From NCBI GenBank assembly GCA_030390025.1, contig CM059433.1:5394001-5458000 (forward strand): a stretch of 64,000 bases of DNA, written 5' to 3'. The translations under genes were made by a program, and so were the position numbers. Under the pieces are notes generated by a model. It was not told the DNA's origin, made no database searches, and was given only the letters and a program-made list of their open reading frames with translations. The DNA is from Squalus acanthias. Lineage: Eukaryota. This document shows positions 61,345 through 64,000 of the stretch, in pieces (positions within the stretch are counted from its first letter, which is position 1; each line of letters opens with the position of its first letter).

Positions 61345-61680
61345 CAATAAAAAAGCAAAATACTGCGGATGCTGGAAATCTGAAATAAAAACAGAAAATG
61401 CTGGAAATACTCAGCAGGTCAGGCAGCATCTGTGGAGAGAGAAACAGAGTTAACGTTTCAGGTCGATGACCCTTCGTCAGAACCGGAAAAAGTTGGAGAT
61501 GGAACAGGTTTTTAAGCAAGTGTAGGGACAGGGAAAGGGGGGAGGGGTGGAAAGAACAAAAGGGAAGGTCTGTGATAGGATGGAAGGCAGGAGAGATTAA
61601 GAGACATTAAGAGATGGTGCAAGGCGAAAGGAGATGGTAATGGAACAAGTTAAGAAACAAAAGGTGGCTCTAGATGGAAT
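61345..61680 (-). mobile_element. Penelope-like 3' terminus
   Basis: Reverse complement of the tail at ~20600-20820. Confidence 0.8.
61448..61484 (-). ncRNA. Minimal hammerhead ribozyme motif
   Basis: Reverse complement: GGTT CTGACGA AGGGTC-ATC-GACCT GAAA CGTT AACT; intact core and palindromic AACGTT stem III. Confidence 0.8.
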
Positions 61681-62499
61681 ACTGCTTGATTGGTGGTGGG
61701 GAGAAGAGGGTTTAACTAAGCAGACAATGTTGGTGCCATAACTCCCACACCAGGGGGAAGGAGAGGTTCTCATTCAAGGTAGTAGTTTTGCTTGGCAGCT
61801 TGGCAAGCCCACTCTTCACATACACAGTTGAGCGAGGTGTCAGAGGTCAGCTTTTGGCCCTCGATCTATCTCTGGCAAGGGAAGTCTGCAGTTTTGAGTT
61901 GGGAACAGTGAGAGAGCTTGGAGCTCTTGCTTTCTTTCCGACTAAGGAGGGAGGCTGGGAGACTCGAGGCTGAGGCATGGATGCATGTGGTTTATCAGAG
62001 TAAGGTTAGTGTCAGTCAGTTGAGGGACTGTTGACAGAAAATGCGTTCACCCCATAACAAAGGGGAAAATCATGCTCTAGAAATTTGTTGGCGCCGCGCC
62101 CATTTTACAGGCATTAAACCAGCAGCTAAGAGTTAAATATGGAAGGTGGCGTGTCCGCAATACGACGGAAGTGTTCCGCCCGCCATATTGGATCGGGCTC
62201 CTCCATAGGTGTCCAGGGCGTGTGCCTGATGTATTCTAAATGGAAATAAAAATATTTATATCAGGGTCCTACGCTTGTTGTAAGACCCTTTTATGAAATT
62301 GGGCTGCTCCAGCGCCTAAATCGCGACATGATAAATTCGCTCAACAAGGACCTTCCAGCGGCACTATTTAAAGGACTACATTCACTACATGCAGGTTATT
62401 TGCTAGTTTGTCCTGATAAGCTGCTGGTTTTTGACTTCTGAGTAGGGATTTTTGCTGGTGTTGCACTGTTTTTGGCTGCTTTCAAAGCAGTTTTAATGC

Positions 62500-63545
62500 A
62501 GTTAGGGCTGCCTTTGGGGCTGGAGGACAAAGGGGGATCAGTCAAGAGGACAGGAGAGAGCAGGAGCACCTGGGACAAGAGGGAGGAGAAGGGCACGATG
62601 TAGGAAGCCATATCCACAGCAGGTCTCCAGAGAGCACTTCTCCTACCTGGACTTCACTGAGAAGCAATGTCTCAGAAGCCTTTGCTTCTCAAAGGAAGCT
62701 GTCACCAGTCAGTGTCAACTGCTGCAGCTACAACTCGAGCCTTAAACCAGGGCATGAGCAGCACTTCCTATGATTGTCAAGGTCACCGTGTTCCTTAATT
62801 TTTAGGCAACAGGTTCCTTCCAGACTGCAGCAGGTGACATCAGTGAGATCTCACAGCTTTCAGTCCCCCGTTGTATCAGGGAGGTTACCAAGACTCTCTA
62901 CTCCAGGCGGAACAACTACATTTCTTTCTTCATGGACGGAGTGAAGCAGCATGAGATATCACTGGGCTTTATCCGCATTGCAGGCTTTCCCAGGGTGAAC
63001 GGTGCCATAGACTGCACCCACATTGCCTTGCATGCTCCCCATCATCAGCCTGGCATCTTTCTGAATACAAAGGGATTCCACTCCCTCAATGTCCAGCTTG
63101 TTTACGACCACAGGCAGTGCATCATGCAGGTCTGTGCCCGGTTTCCTGGCAGCAGTCATGATTTATTTATCCTGCGCCAGTCTACCGTGCTGCCTTTATT
63201 CCAACCAGGCTGGCTACTGGGCGACAAAGGCTATCCCATTCACACTTGGCTCATGACTCCTGTCAGGAACCCAGGCTGTAGAGCTGTCCTACAACGAGAG
63301 CCATGCTGCCAGCAGAATCATGACTGAGCAAAGAGTGGGTAGGCTCAAGCAACGCTTGGCTGACTAGACCAGCCCTAACTTTGCCATCATGAGGAACCAG
63401 CCCATACCAATGCCTGGGCAGCAAGAAGTGCAGAGGAGGAGAGGAAGAGCAGCATGAAGAGGAGGAAGAGCAGGAGCAGCATCGACCACCAGTGCCCCTC
63501 GCTCCCAGAGAGCACCTCATCCAAGACCACTTCATGTGAACTAAC
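62500..63545 (+). pseudogene. Decayed PIF/Harbinger transposase; element probably starts ~62075 and continues past the window end
   Basis: GFPRVNGAIDCTHI, KGFHSLNVQLV, ARFPGSSHD and GWLLGDKGYP in ORF 62932..63327; stops and frameshifts in the flanking parts. Confidence 0.88.
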
Positions 63546-64000
63546 CCTCCCATCCCAAATACGCCAACAGTCCCACAATCCTTACCACTGTCTTTACTAC
63601 CACCATCCTATTACTTTCCTTCAGTCCAGCCTTATGGGTCTTGTCCTCACTTCATTACAAATATAAACATCAACACCAAATCCAGAACAAAAAGCAAATT
63701 TATCCAACAACTCAATTGCATCTGTGTCTAACAGTTAACAGAAATGATTAAGAATCACCCTGAGGCAGCCCCTTAATACCTGTCTTCTGTGCTTCTTTAC
63801 CTATCCTGGTGCTCCTATGAAGTTTCCCCAGTGGCTACAGCTTCGGAGGGTGGAAGGCTGCTGAGCTTCCATTGAGGACACTTCAATGGGCCGTGGTGGG
63901 CAACCTTAAACAGCTGTGGGCCTTGACTGCAGCATCTCGGCGTGGGCCAGAGCAGTCCAGCCCAGCTGGCTGGGTAGCACTAATAAGTGTACTGGCAGAG

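Noticed and set aside
62932..63327. Host HARBI1 gene
   Set aside because: Surrounding stops, frameshifts and deletions, plus a nearby TIR-like end, indicate a dead transposon.

Overview
Repeat-dense vertebrate genomic DNA, most likely from a cartilaginous fish (inferred from HER1/CR1-type LINE tails, V-domain HE1-like SINEs and Deu-domain SINEs). No host gene could be confidently identified. The highlight is the 5' half of an apparently intact endogenous retrovirus-like provirus on the minus strand (1-6319). It has a ~1.7 kb 5' LTR and a PBS that overlaps the first gag ATG. Its gag carries overlapping PSAP/PPxY late-domain motifs and a CCHC knuckle. A single TGA-CTAG stop is followed in frame by pol (protease, RT, degenerate RNase H tether, second active RNase H, integrase zinc finger), which runs off the window start. 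This dual-RNase-H architecture resembles retroviruses/lokiretroviruses. Two solo LTRs of the same family (16022-17673, 31642-33340) show mosaic central regions. Also present: a 5'-truncated Penelope-like element with an open RT+GIY-YIG ORF, several minimal hammerhead ribozyme motifs in Penelope 3' ends, and a LINE that starts with a tRNA-like head and lacks ORF1. The rest is two 218-bp solo LTRs, CR1/L2/RTE fragments, SINEs, Harbinger/hAT/Tc1-type MITEs, a decayed Harbinger transposase and a 33-bp minisatellite. Boundaries of degraded fragments are approximate.
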